Under the pieces are notes generated by a model. It did no database searches. It had not been told where the DNA came from and saw only the letters and a list, made by a program, of their open reading frames with translations. Below are positions 37,631 to 48,779 of a DNA stretch of 64,000 bases, in pieces (positions within the stretch are counted from its first letter, which is position 1; each line of letters opens with the position of its first letter). The position numbers were made by a program, and so were the translations under genes. Origin of the DNA: Rhodosorus marinus CCMP1338 (Eukaryota > Plantae > Rhodophyta). The stretch is taken from positions 868,001-932,000 of the forward strand of contig JAMWBK010000008.1 of the NCBI GenBank assembly GCA_029953675.1. The letters are read 5' to 3'.

Positions 37631-39263
37631 TTCGGACGCCGAAACAAGGTATTCAACGTACGAGCAGGAGTTGTACGCGCTATCAGCAGCAATCTTACAC
37701 TGGAAGGTGTACTTGGAGGGCACCCGATTCACCGTAAGAACCGACCACAACGGGCTGAGGTTCTTACACTCCCAGAAGGAACTTACGAAACGTCAAGCGA
37801 GATACATAAACCGGTTGATACCGTTCCAGTTCACTGTCGAGTACAAGAAAGGCAAGGAGAACATCGCCGATGCGTTAAGTCGACATGCCATCCACCACTT
37901 GGCAATTTCGTCGATCAACAGCGACCTCAACTGGCAGCAGGCTTACCTCAGGACCCAGAATTCAGTGGGGTGTACCGGGAAGACCAGAAGTACGCTGCCC
38001 AAGGTTTCACGCGAAGGAACGATACCCTGTTCTTGCATAACAGGACTTGCGTTCCGGAACGTCTCGTACCCGCTCTTTTACGGAGCTACCTTGAAGAGCC
38101 AACCGGAGGCCACTTGAAAAGGAAGTACTATTGGTCAACCATGAAAGGAGATATTGAAGAATTGGTTAAATCTTGCAAGATTTGTCAGCGGCAAAAACCA
38201 ATACGAACTGCAGCAGGAACATTACAACCACTACCAATTCCAGACGGGAAATTTCAATCCGTATCGATGGATTTTATTACTAACCTACCTGTGACACCGG
38301 ACGGGTTCGACGCGATCTTCGTGATTGTCGATCGGTTCACAAAGTATGCCCGTTTCCTACCTACAACGACAACGGCGACGGCGCAACAAACCGCGAAGCT
38401 GTTCTTACGTCATTGGGTTAGGTTCGCTGGTATACCTAGAGACATCATTTCTGACCGAGACCCAAAATTTACGGGATTTTTCTGGAGGGAATTGTTGAAG
38501 ATGCTGCAAGTAAGGCAAAACCTGAGTACAGCATATCATCCACAGACAGACGGACAGACAGAGCGAATCAATCAGACGCTGGAGACGTACCTGAGGTGTA
38601 ATTCGTCTGCAACGAATTGGGCAGAAGACCTACCGATTGCAGAGCTGGTGTATAATCGTCAGATCTCGGAAGCGACGCAGTTTTCCCCTTTCGAGTTGAC
38701 TTATGGAAAGAACCCGACACTACCTCCCGACCTTAAAGTACCAGATGACCGAGACCGTTCGCTACCAATACCTGAAGCCGCCACGGTCCTCCTACAACGC
38801 CAAAAGGACCAACCTAGCCCGCGCCAACCTACGATATGCCCAAGAACGCCAACGCTTCTACTATGATCGAGGCAAAAGAGACCTCCACTTTGAACCAGGC
38901 GAATATGTGCTCTTGTCAACACGGAATCTTCAGCTCCCAGATTCAAACTATAAAATTCTACGAAAAATTGGTAACGTAGCATGTGAGATGGAGCTCCCGG
39001 GAGATTCTCAACTACATGATGTTTTCCATGTCTCGCTATTACGGACGTTCAATGGACCGGAACCTGAAGGCTCGCATGTAGTTCCTGCATTACAACCAGA
39101 CATACCACAGCGCGAGTTGAAGTCAGTTTTGGGACATCGTCGAGATGAAAAGAACCTGAATGAATACTTCGTTTACTTTGAAGGCGAGACAACGGACGAT
39201 TTGAGATGGTTACCCTACCATCAACTACCGCAGAACCAGAATACCAAGAAACAAATCCGGTAG
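37631..39263 (+). pseudogene. pol remnant: RNase H C-terminal part, integrase (zinc finger partly deleted, DDE core) and chromodomain, with frameshifts
   Basis: YSTYEQELYA...FTVRTDH...ENIADALSR; YYW...CKICQRQK; SMDFITNL; IISDRDPKF; TAYHPQTDGQTER; ELKSVLGHRR...EYFVYFEG...RWLP (chromodomain-like). Confidence 0.92.
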
Positions 39264-39329
39264 TATACAAACCTCCACAAGGCAGCTTCTTCTTCCACCG
39301 GATAGTTCTTTCTTTCAGTGGGGAGGAGT

Positions 39330-39585
39330 TGTTACGTCCTGACAAAACAAGTCAGCCGTCAGGAGTGTAGCCCAAAACAAGGCTAATAATAGATCGGTCT
39401 AGATCTAATATAGTACTCTAGCAAACCCAGGACATGAACCGGAAGCCTGTAAATGCGGAAGTTACGACCTTCCGTCTTAGGATTAGAGCTAGAGAAGGGA
39501 ATCCAAGATAGATAAAAGACAAAAACAGAAAAGGGAATTTAAAATTATTTTGGATCACCAACACGCGTTAATGGAGAACGTGTCA
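39330..39585 (+). repeat. 3' LTR
   Basis: Begins TGTTACG after the PPT and ends GTGTCA before the TSD CAAGT. Confidence 0.95.
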
Positions 39586-40978
39586 CAAGTCGTCTTATGG
39601 CGCTTGGGAGACCGGCCTTGGGGAGACTTGGCAGTTGCGCCAACTCCGGAAGACACCGTGGAGGTAGAGGAGTACTTTTGTGGAAATCCAGGAGAGAAAA
39701 TTCAGTTGTGGGCTCGACTCTGGGGCAGACCTGTTTTGCGATCCGAACAGGCTGAAAAGGAAGGCAACGGTCTGGTTGCAGATATCGCAGAGTCGAGTTG
39801 TGGATCGCTGAGCCAGTCTGGCTCCAGTTGTTGTATTGATTCTTCGGAGACTGGTTGGGGATCTCCCGATATCACCTAGTCTGTGAACGAAAGCATGATG
39901 GGCCTTAACCTTTATGAGTCTTCCTTTTGGGTGCGTAACTTCTTGTACTGGTACGCAACACGTCTTATCGTCAGGGACTGCGAACTTGAAGTACCAAAAC
40001 CTGGAAGATTGGGTGCCTCTTCAGTGAATTGCTGAGAGGGTGTGAGCCTAGGGTTGAAAACCTGTGGCGTTGACTGAAGGAGCATCCAATATTTGCAACT
40101 TTTATCCTTGATTGTCGCCGATATAGACCTGCGCAGAAGCCACTGAGGACAAACGGCCTTGTCCAGATCTTTTACTTCGCCGGGTATGGTCCTCGCAGCT
40201 ACTAATGCAGTTTTCCCTCGTTCATGCTGGTTTCTCTTGAATCGCTGAGAATTGGATAGCGCAAGCCCACATCGGCTTCGGCGGATAAACTACAGTGCCT
40301 TGAGGAGGATATTTACCCAGATCCTAGTTCTTAATCCAGTCTAAGAACGATAAACCTCTACAAAATAAACCCCAACTCTGGCACACAAACCACCAACCCC
40401 CCCCCCCCCCGGGGCACCAGTTTTAGCCGGGTTTAAAAGGTTTTGGGAGGCATTTGTCAGTTTTTCAATTAACCGCTGAAAAAATTGGATACCAGCAAGC
40501 CCACATCGAGCTTCTGCGGTTAAATTATCTTGGCTGGAGGAGGATAGTCATCCACCCTAACCGTAACCTTCCGCTTAAGAGTAGGTTGCGGACCGCGGCC
40601 CCGTCACATCATCCATGCACAAAAAAAAAGCATTGTTTTACCGGTTTTTATTCTTTTTTGATGGTTTTCAGAAGCTTTCCATTAAGCGATTGTAAAATTC
40701 AATGGAATGAAACATATTCGAAGTTGGCAAACGGAGCGAAGGGATTAGGGGGAGGATTTCTAGGGAGAAGAGGGCGGGGGGGGGAAGTGATATACAGTGG
40801 AGAGGACGCAAACAGATTTGTACGAGTTGGTGAAGAAGCTCTATATGATAATTAAAGGGCTAAATTGAGGAACCCTGGTTGTGAGTTGTCGTGTGGGATC
40901 ATAGAGGAGTGGTATCGTTTTGAGTGGTTTTGTTGAAGGAGAATATACGTACACTTTTGAGTGGGTTGTTTTTTTTCG

Positions 40979-41896
40979 ATGAGTGAAAGGGCGGCTATAG
41001 CCTCTCCTCTGAGTACCGGAGTGAAGTTTGCAACGGCTGGTCTCGGTGGTGTTGGAGGATGGATTCTTATTCATCCGTTTAATACCGTCGCCATTCGAAT
41101 GAATTTGGCCAGCGCAACCACAGGCGCCGGCACTCCGGCGGCGGGGAGCTTTCTTTCGTTTACGAGAAATGTTGTCGCCGAGGAGGGCTTCATGACGCTT
41201 TACAATGGATTGTCTGCCGGGATTTTGAGGCAGGTATTCTATGCCACTAGCAGATTCGGCTTGTACGAAGTATTCAGGGACATTTCGGCAAAGTACCGAG
41301 AGCCAGATCTAGCTTCAAGACTCGGTGTAGGGATTCTGTCCGGTGCGTGTGCAGCTTATATTAGTTGTCCCGCCGAGGTGACTCTGGTTCGTATGTCCAA
41401 CGATACGGCATTGCCGGCAGCAGAACGACGGAACTACTCCAGTGTCATCAACGCCGCTTACCGTATTGCGACGGAGGAGGGAATTGGAACGTTTTGGAGG
41501 GGTTCTACACCGTTTGTAATGAGGGCTATGCTGGTTGGTGCCACACAAGTGGGAACATACGACCAATTTAAGGTCATGTACAGAGGATATGGCGTTCCTG
41601 ACGGAATCTCGAATGTCTTTTGCGCTTCAATGAGTGCTGGTCTACTTTATTCACTTATTACAATGCCGTTTGAGACGGCGAAGAACAGAATGAGCTTCCA
41701 GAAAAAGGACCCTAAAACTGGTGAGCTCATGTACAGAGCGACAGGTCAAACGATCAGAACCGTGGCGTCAAAGGAAGGCGTGCTTGCGTTGTGGAGCGGT
41801 TTTCTTCCCTATTACGGACGATGCGGAGGACACACTGTATCCATGTTCATATTCGTGGAAGAGCTTCGACGGGTCTACAAGAGTCTTAGGTCATGA
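40979..41896 (+). CDS. Mitochondrial carrier (SLC25), 2-oxoglutarate/malate or dicarboxylate carrier group
   Basis: Three carrier repeats (HPFNTVAIRM, CPAEVTLVRM, MPFETAKNRM). Also GLSAGILRQ, ERRNYSSVINA, RAMLVGATQVGTYDQFK and LPYYGRCGGHTV. ATG at 40979. Confidence 0.93.
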   Translation: MSERAAIASPLSTGVKFATAGLGGVGGWILIHPFNTVAIRMNLASATTGAGTPAAGSFLSFTRNVVAEEGFMTLYNGLSAGILRQVFYATSRFGLYEVFRDISAKYREPDLASRLGVGILSGACAAYISCPAEVTLVRMSNDTALPAAERRNYSSVINAAYRIATEEGIGTFWRGSTPFVMRAMLVGATQVGTYDQFKVMYRGYGVPDGISNVFCASMSAGLLYSLITMPFETAKNRMSFQKKDPKTGELMYRATGQTIRTVASKEGVLALWSGFLPYYGRCGGHTVSMFIFVEELRRVYKSLRS

Positions 41897-42994
41897 CATG
41901 CTTTTCTTGTAAACAAGAGATATTCGCGGACCCGCCAGCTTTCTTTCATTCTCGACCTTCACACAGTGTTGGTACGTTTCTTGGCAATCTCCTGTCATCA
42001 AGACCACGTCACCGCCGTTCACCCAAATTTCGTGTCTATTGCTGTTGTCGCCTATCCTCCTGAAACAGAACAGTCTCGTGTCCCCAACGGATACTACAGC
42101 GGTGTCCCTTGTCCAGTATAGTCCCTGATCAGGATCCGAATGGTACCTCATTCCACACCGCGAATCCTCATAATAATTTATCAAAACTCCGTCGAACTCA
42201 ACCCCGCATATTCCTGTGAGCTCCTTCGCCACTTCATCGATGATGGGAGTGAAGGAGCCACTGGCTTCCATTGTTTTTCCGCTGTACAGAAATGGCTTGC
42301 CATTTTGGTGCTGCCAGGCCGTCAGGCGGGACTCTTCCACATGCTTATCTTTAAGCTGGATTACTTCTCTTTTCAGATCCAGCTCTTTCCTCAAATCCAG
42401 AACGTTCAATTCCATCCTATCCAGCACGCCGGGCAACGTTTTGAACGGCAAGCTGTCGATATAGGACTGGATGTTATGTGGGACACGATCCTTAACGCCA
42501 AGCCTCTCGCACGACCATACTAGGTTCGATTTGTCTTTCGGTAAGAGATTATCTGCTTCGTGTCCCAGCCTGCTCAAGGCGGCTGAGAATGCAGGCTCGG
42601 CAGGCGAAGCTAAAAGCATTCCGCAAGCCCAAACTGCGTCGCTCAGATGTCCAATGCTGACATTAGCTTGATCATCAAATACCGCATCTACCAGACACTT
42701 AAATCGATCATCGATCACTAATGCGTCCCTCTCCTCCTTCTTGGAAAGCCGAACGACTTGTTTCGCCATTCGAAGAAGGGCGACCGCCATATGGGCGTTC
42801 CGAAGCTCATCCTGCCGCTTCACAGTTACCTTCAGAATGTCCTTCCACCCTTTCGCATAATTCAGCTCCGTCGCCGCAGGCAATAGACCAACCTCAGCTG
42901 CAAAATAACCCCCCTCCTTCGGCTCCCTCTTGCTCACTGCGCACCGTCCGCGGGGCCTCCCAAGCGAAGAAACAGGCAACCCAACAAATCCCAT
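41891..42994 (-). CDS. AlkB-family 2OG-Fe(II) dioxygenase with N-terminal OPR-like helical repeats and a probable plastid leader
   Basis: AlkB motifs LINYYED..CGMRYHSD, VVSVGDTRLF, GDVVLMTG..Q..YQHCV, PRISLVYK. Repeats HLSDAVWACGML and DKSNLVWSCERLG are 38 aa apart. Starts MGFVGL. Confidence 0.85.
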   Translation of the reverse strand: MGFVGLPVSSLGRPRGRCAVSKREPKEGGYFAAEVGLLPAATELNYAKGWKDILKVTVKRQDELRNAHMAVALLRMAKQVVRLSKKEERDALVIDDRFKCLVDAVFDDQANVSIGHLSDAVWACGMLLASPAEPAFSAALSRLGHEADNLLPKDKSNLVWSCERLGVKDRVPHNIQSYIDSLPFKTLPGVLDRMELNVLDLRKELDLKREVIQLKDKHVEESRLTAWQHQNGKPFLYSGKTMEASGSFTPIIDEVAKELTGICGVEFDGVLINYYEDSRCGMRYHSDPDQGLYWTRDTAVVSVGDTRLFCFRRIGDNSNRHEIWVNGGDVVLMTGDCQETYQHCVKVENERKLAGPRISLVYKKSMS

Positions 42995-43874
42995 CTTAAA
43001 CAAACATGGGCTCCCTCTGCCCTTCACTTCTAAAAGTATAACTCCCACATCATACCCCAGTCATGCCCAACCTTGTCAAAGCCTTCCACACGCCACGCTT
43101 GAACAGGCCGGCAGCCCAAAGATTGCCATGACCGATTCCAAATTCTTCCTAATCGTCACCTAGGACAGCGTACGTAAGTGAAGAAATTTCAAACAACCGG
43201 TCGCCTAAATTTTACTAATGCTCGATTTATGCATGTTTTCATATGTGACACTTAATATATATTTTTGAGAGTTCAGTGGCATCCCAAAGTCTATGAGAAG
43301 TGGGTGCGTTCTCTTTAAAATGTATTTCTGTACTGTTGCTCATCGGAATCAAATTGCAATCTAGCAATCGAACTGTGCCCAGCTGGATGAGCGAAGGTGA
43401 TTCTAGTTAGCCGCAGTTGAACTAGTATGGCCGTCGCTCCTCTTGAGCCAAAGAATTGTCTGAGTCAAATAGGAGCGGAACTTGTCACTGTCGTCCTCCA
43501 CTTCTGGTGTCTCACCAACGGGGACATCTTGCACCGCCTCGATTGTCAGTGGAGCGCCCAATGCTTAGAATAGGACTCGATTTTGCAATCGCTGTCCACT
43601 GTCCCGGAGAACTCCGGAGGAATCTGGGGTAAACCGAGCCCATAAGTCCTGACTCTGATATGCGCCTGTACGAGGAGCTGTTGTTCACGGGCGTCGCAGA
43701 TGCTCCATGGTTAGACCACCTACTCTCAGAGCTTCTCTCAGATCTTCTGCCATGATCCTCAGACCACCGATTCGCCTTCGTCCGTTAATACAGGACGTAG
43801 ACACCTCAACGCGTCACCTCCACGGCCGCCGCGGACTATTAAAATGTACTGTTTCCTACTGCGTACCCGGAAGG

Positions 43875-44025
43875 GATGACAATTCAACAATGGACTAGGG
43901 CAAAACCAGTTCGAGGGCGTGACGTAAATGCGACTCCGGATAGAAAGAGGATGCATCGCCGTTGACGAATTGTCCAAAAAGTCCCTCAAACTGGTTTCGC
44001 CCTACACCATTATCGAATTGTCATT
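43875..44025. repeat. Imperfect inverted repeat (about 44-bp arms, about 80% complementary by eye)
   Basis: gatgacaattcaacaatggactagggcaaaaccagttcgagggc versus tccctcaaactggtttcgccctacaccattatcgaattgtcatt. Confidence 0.75.
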
Positions 44026-45164
44026 CGGAAACCCGCCGCCGAAGATTAGCTGTACCTGCACCGCACCGAGGACGGAATTGCTTCTCAAGGGGGAGACATA
44101 GCTGGGATTCCTGTGATAGAAAACGGGTGCATCGCCACCGACGAAGAGAAGGCCGAAGCCGCGTCCGGGCTGGCCCTACCTCAAACTGTGCACTTCATCA
44201 GTTACATAGTATAGTATACGATGACAACTAGGGTTTGGGGAAAATTGTCTCAAAACATGCGTCAAAATCATGAAGCACTTTCTGGTCACTTTTTGTATCA
44301 CAAGTCGGCGATGCGTTTGAAGGGCAAATAGAGACGTGCATCAGTGAAACCCCCTTAAAGCTTTTGTACGGGATCCCTCCTCGAACCCCAGGACTAGATC
44401 ACTCGCTCCCTCTTGTTTGACAAGTACGAACGCGCAGTTGGACGGCCTCGTGTTGAAAAGTTAAGAAGGGATGAATCGACTGTTGGGAAGGGGCAGTATT
44501 GGACAAAAGCCAGACTCAGTCTCAAAATCAACTCCTCAGTTGGTAGCGGATGCTCGGGAGCTAGCAGTCCGCCCGGTGCTTGTATTCCATGAAGCTGGTA
44601 CTGTGGACAGAGTCGAGACTTCTCTTAGTCGTCCTCGCCAGTAAAAGCGACTTTATGACCTGTTTTTATTATGCGCAGTAAGGCGAGGCTTCCTAGCGAC
44701 GTGTCATCTGCTACGACATCACGTCGCTTGGATTGCACTAGAGGATCGGAGTGACATCGTATCAGATGTTTACAAATCGCATGGACACCGTGCCTCCCGC
44801 CCGTTTGACGACAGATCATGGCGGGACTGTATTTTCGGTGTCCAATATCTAATTTATAGTTTACATTGCTTCATATACGATGGCCAGAATCTAGTGATCG
44901 ACGGCGATCTTTGAATGTCTTCAGCCGCCAGTCCGTTGGATGTAAAAAGGATACATCTCCACTGTCGAGGTGAGGGTTTCGCGTTGCTGGTTGCTTCGCA
45001 GTGAATCTTTGAGAGTACTTTCTCAGACTAGACATTTGCTGATCTCTGTCTGGAATAGCGTTTTGCGTTCCTTTCGATTCGTTGAAATAGGGATACAGAC
45101 CTGGTCATAGCTGTGTACCTGGGGTGGGTTCATTAGATTTTTTTTGTCGTCCTGCTCTTTCGGT

Positions 45165-46178
45165 ATGATATCTGTTCCGTGTTTTGTTGGGGCGAGCGGG
45201 TCTTTGACAACTGCTTCAGGACGTCGTAGTGTCATACGGAGTGGTGGACGTGAACAGGGAGTTTGTGTCAGGCAGGGGGTGTCTATGCAGGTTTGGAGTG
45301 ATCAGAGGCCGAGGCTCGAGTATTTTGAGTATTTGGAGAAGGGAGCTAAAAAGCTGGAGGACGATCAGAAGAGCATTATTGTTGGAGATGGGAGGATCGG
45401 AAGTCTTCTCTATGAGCTTGGAGGTGAAAATGATATTATGGTGAGAAGAGGAGACACGATTCCAGACGAGCCCGGGCCGGTTTATCTCTGCACTCGCAAT
45501 GACTCTCTGGGAGAAATTATTGAGAAGTGTCCGGAAAACAAGAAAGATGACCTGGTGTTCATTCAGAACGGTTACATTGAACCAGTGTTGCAGAAGTATT
45601 CGCTGCCAGAAGATGTGACCAAGGCGAACATATACTTCGCTGTGACTGAGAAGGGCGCGGTACCAATCGACGGCGTTACGGAAGAATGCCCAGACGGCAT
45701 GACAACTGCTACAGGAAGATGGTCTGAGGCCTTCAGACAGCGTTTGAAGAAAGCAAAAACCCCGCTGAAATGCATCGTTCAGAACAAGCGCGACTATCGA
45801 AGGTCCATGTACGACAAGCTCATATGGATATCAGCATTCAATTTGATCGGATCCGTTCACGGAAATATAACGATGGGAGACGTGGCGAAGAGGCACAAGA
45901 AAGAGGTTAAAGAAATGGTCGGTGAAATGAGACACATGTGCAGAGCCAGCCTAGCAGTCGTGCTCTTTCCAAAGCTTGAGGAAAGGCTACTACAGTACGC
46001 GAGCAAGGTCGATTTCTTCCCAACTGCCCTTAAGGAATTCCAGTGGAGAAACGGATACTTCTACAATTTTTCGCAGATTGCCAGGGAGAACGGCTTTGAC
46101 GACCCGACTCCAATGCACACAGCCTACTTGCTAGAAGGAAAAGAAATGGGTCTAATTGATTGGGTCCACGAGCGGTAA
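45165..46178 (+). CDS. Conserved algal/plant ketopantoate-reductase-like Rossmann protein (At1g16080-like), probably plastid-targeted
   Basis: IIVGDGRIG, VYLCTRNDSL, DLVFIQNG, KLIWISAFNLIG and PTALKEFQWRNG match my recollection of this family. Leader with an FV motif. Confidence 0.75.
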   Translation: MISVPCFVGASGSLTTASGRRSVIRSGGREQGVCVRQGVSMQVWSDQRPRLEYFEYLEKGAKKLEDDQKSIIVGDGRIGSLLYELGGENDIMVRRGDTIPDEPGPVYLCTRNDSLGEIIEKCPENKKDDLVFIQNGYIEPVLQKYSLPEDVTKANIYFAVTEKGAVPIDGVTEECPDGMTTATGRWSEAFRQRLKKAKTPLKCIVQNKRDYRRSMYDKLIWISAFNLIGSVHGNITMGDVAKRHKKEVKEMVGEMRHMCRASLAVVLFPKLEERLLQYASKVDFFPTALKEFQWRNGYFYNFSQIARENGFDDPTPMHTAYLLEGKEMGLIDWVHER

Positions 46179-47901
46179 ATCGTTTACGACCAGCTATTTT
46201 AGTCGACTAGCACCTCTACGATGATTCTATTGCTGTGGCTGACGCCACATGAGCCGGTATTTCCAGTGAAAGAACTTTTACAGTTAGTGCAGCGTAACCT
46301 CTCTAACGACAGTGTTTCTTATACCATGATCATCATCGTCAAGATGATGCAGACAAGGCTTGCAAGCTTTGCTCATACAGGACATGAGAAGCTAGATGGA
46401 GACTTGTCCGCTAAACCTGGCCTTCCTTCCCTCATCTCCCCTCACGGAGAGTGAATCCGCGGTTGCCTTGATTCAAAACTAAACATGTTCAACGATGGAA
46501 TAAGTTCAGGCTCACAGATTATTTTGGTTCGGTCATGAGCAGAATACAAGCTTGCGTGAACAAGTCCATTATACCGCACTATGCTTGTGTGGTTGTTCAT
46601 TCCTGTGGATTGCAGAGCTTCTGCAGTTCATGAATATGCTTGTCAACAACAGCTTGACGGTCGAACTGATTCGCGCTTACGACAGACAATCAATATCGAG
46701 TTTATTTTGATTGAATCTAGTCAATAAATACGGTTTTCACATTTCAACATAATTTGAGCTTGATCGTTCCTGAATTAAGGTCTCCACATCGGGTATGTTT
46801 GGGCAGCTGCGTACATATTACGCATATTTCTGAGTTCTGTTTTTGTTCATAATATGTACAGCCTCATCCTATTTCATTATTTAACTAGAAACAAACCTAG
46901 TATATCAAAATTTGAGGACATGGCTCCAAATGGATTCCTTACGTTTCCAATAGTTGAAAAACAAACCAATCATTAAGGATGCGTTTCCAGTCAAAAATAT
47001 TGACTCCCTTCTTCCCACGGCCGTGTTTTGCCAAACCAGGCCGATCAGACCACTCAGAACCGGGGGGGGTACAGAGATCCCAGCGGCACTTAACTCATTT
47101 AAAAAAAAACTGAATGAAAGGCTTCTTGGGAAAAGAGAAACGCTCGGGGGTTGGGGGGGGGGTTGGGTAAGAGGGAAATATGTATTCCGAATACATTGTT
47201 TTTTGCTGATTTCTGATTGATGCATTCATCCAATCGGGTGGATATTTTGTTGAATATTGAATTATGGAAATAAGAGATAGGGTGCCTGTTTTGCCTGAGG
47301 TCAGTGGACATTGGAAAATCTCCAAGAAAATATTCCGATTTTGATCTCGAGGATCTCAAGCTGATGGGGAACGCTGTTTTCGTCTATGTAAAAATAGATT
47401 TACCCCTTATCATTCCCTTTTCAAATCTTCACCTGTCGAGCACGAAGAGCATTGGAGGGGTAGTAATAAGAATTGAAAGTTTGATATCGAGAAAACTTGA
47501 TTTGCTGGATAGGACCGTTTTTGTCCGTAAAATGAGAAATGGAGGTGTTATCTTCATGGATTGTAGGGGTGGAGTATTTTTTTGTTGTCATGGCTGGGAT
47601 CTATGGCGTGTATGAAGGGGGGTTGTTGAGGGGGGAACTTTCCCCTGTGGGGTAATGATGGTGTATTCAGAGGGGTTTGTTTATTGAGCTGCCGACCCGG
47701 CTGCTGTGTGAGTTGTTTTTTTTCATTGCTTTTAGTTCTTGGGGTGTGAAAGAGCTTCTGCTTACTGGGTTTGGGTTTATAGAGCGCTGGGGGGAGGGGA
47801 GGGTTGGTCTGTGAGGGGAGCGGCAGTTTTGGGAGTTTTGGATCTTTTTGTTTTGGGTTTGTTCTGTTGGGTGGCGTTTATCGTTGTTAACTTGAGGAGT
47901 A

Positions 47902-48602
47902 ATGGCTTTTGTTGGAATCGCTGGCTTCAAGTCGACGCGGGCAGGTAAGCCTGCGACGAGATCGCGACCGGTCGTCAAGGATCAAATCCGGGATGCTCTG
48001 CAGAACATGGATTCGGTAGGTTTTTGTTTTTTTTGGGTTGTGCGGTTAGAACTGTGCTGCTGGAGAGGGATAGGGAAAGTCTCTGATTATAGTGGGGTGA
48101 CTCTACCGGAGCTGACCGTGTTCTGTGCTCTTTTTTGTTTGCCTTGCGACAGCCCGAGGCCTCAGCATGGAGGGATTTCCAGGCTTCAGTCGAGGCTGAG
48201 CGAAAGGAAATGCTTGAGAACAATAGGAATTCTATCCTCGTCCGCCAGCAGATCTGGAATGATGGTGTATCTGAGAAGGAGCTCCTCACTTTCGCCGGAC
48301 AGCTGAAGAACGTATATGCCAAGAAGCATGGCATGAAGGGGTACGATGTATTCACTCCTACCGGTGGGGTTGCCACCGACTTGCCGGGAGTTGGCGCCAC
48401 CGGTGTTGGTGCTATGGACTTCTATACGGAGAACACGGCAACCTTGGTTGGGTTGAAGAGCCTTGTCCCAAGCCTGCCGAAGGAGGAGGCGGCGGCGCCC
48501 GTGGCTGCCACACCCGCGAGCGAGCTTGAGCAACCCTCATTCGAGGTTGTGGATGACGAGGAGGAGGAGGTGGAAGAGATGGACGCTTTGCCTTATGCAT
48601 AG
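47902..48602 (+). CDS. Hypothetical plastid-targeted protein; join(47902..48015,48153..48602)
   Basis: MAFVG transit-peptide start, phase-0 GT-AG intron, acidic C-terminal tail. No domain recognised. Confidence 0.75.
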
Positions 48603-48779
48603 ACCCAACAGTCCGAGGACCAAAAAATTATGCAAGAGCAAGGAAAATAGGAGGGTAGCTGTTTCGATACTCTTATCGTTTAACAAAGAGAAGAAATGTT
48701 ATCTTTCGAGGACTGCGGTAGTTCTCTATCGTACAAACACTTATAAACGAAGTTCAGGAATCTTGTTGGCTTCGGAGTC

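Larger units (their letters stand above)
36298..39585 (+). mobile_element. Ty3/gypsy chromovirus LTR retrotransposon, internally deleted and rearranged (protease and RT absent)
   Basis: TG...CA LTRs at 36298-36596 and 39330-39585. TSD CAAGT at 36293-36297 and 39586-39590. PBS-like TGGTCTCATCG after the 5' LTR and PPT GGGGAGGAG before the 3' LTR. Remnants of gag, RNase H, integrase and chromodomain lie between. Confidence 0.96.

Noticed and set aside
44041-44070. U6 snRNA-like GAAGATTAGC
   Set aside because: Only a 10-nt match. There is no ACAGAGA box context and none of the rest of U6.
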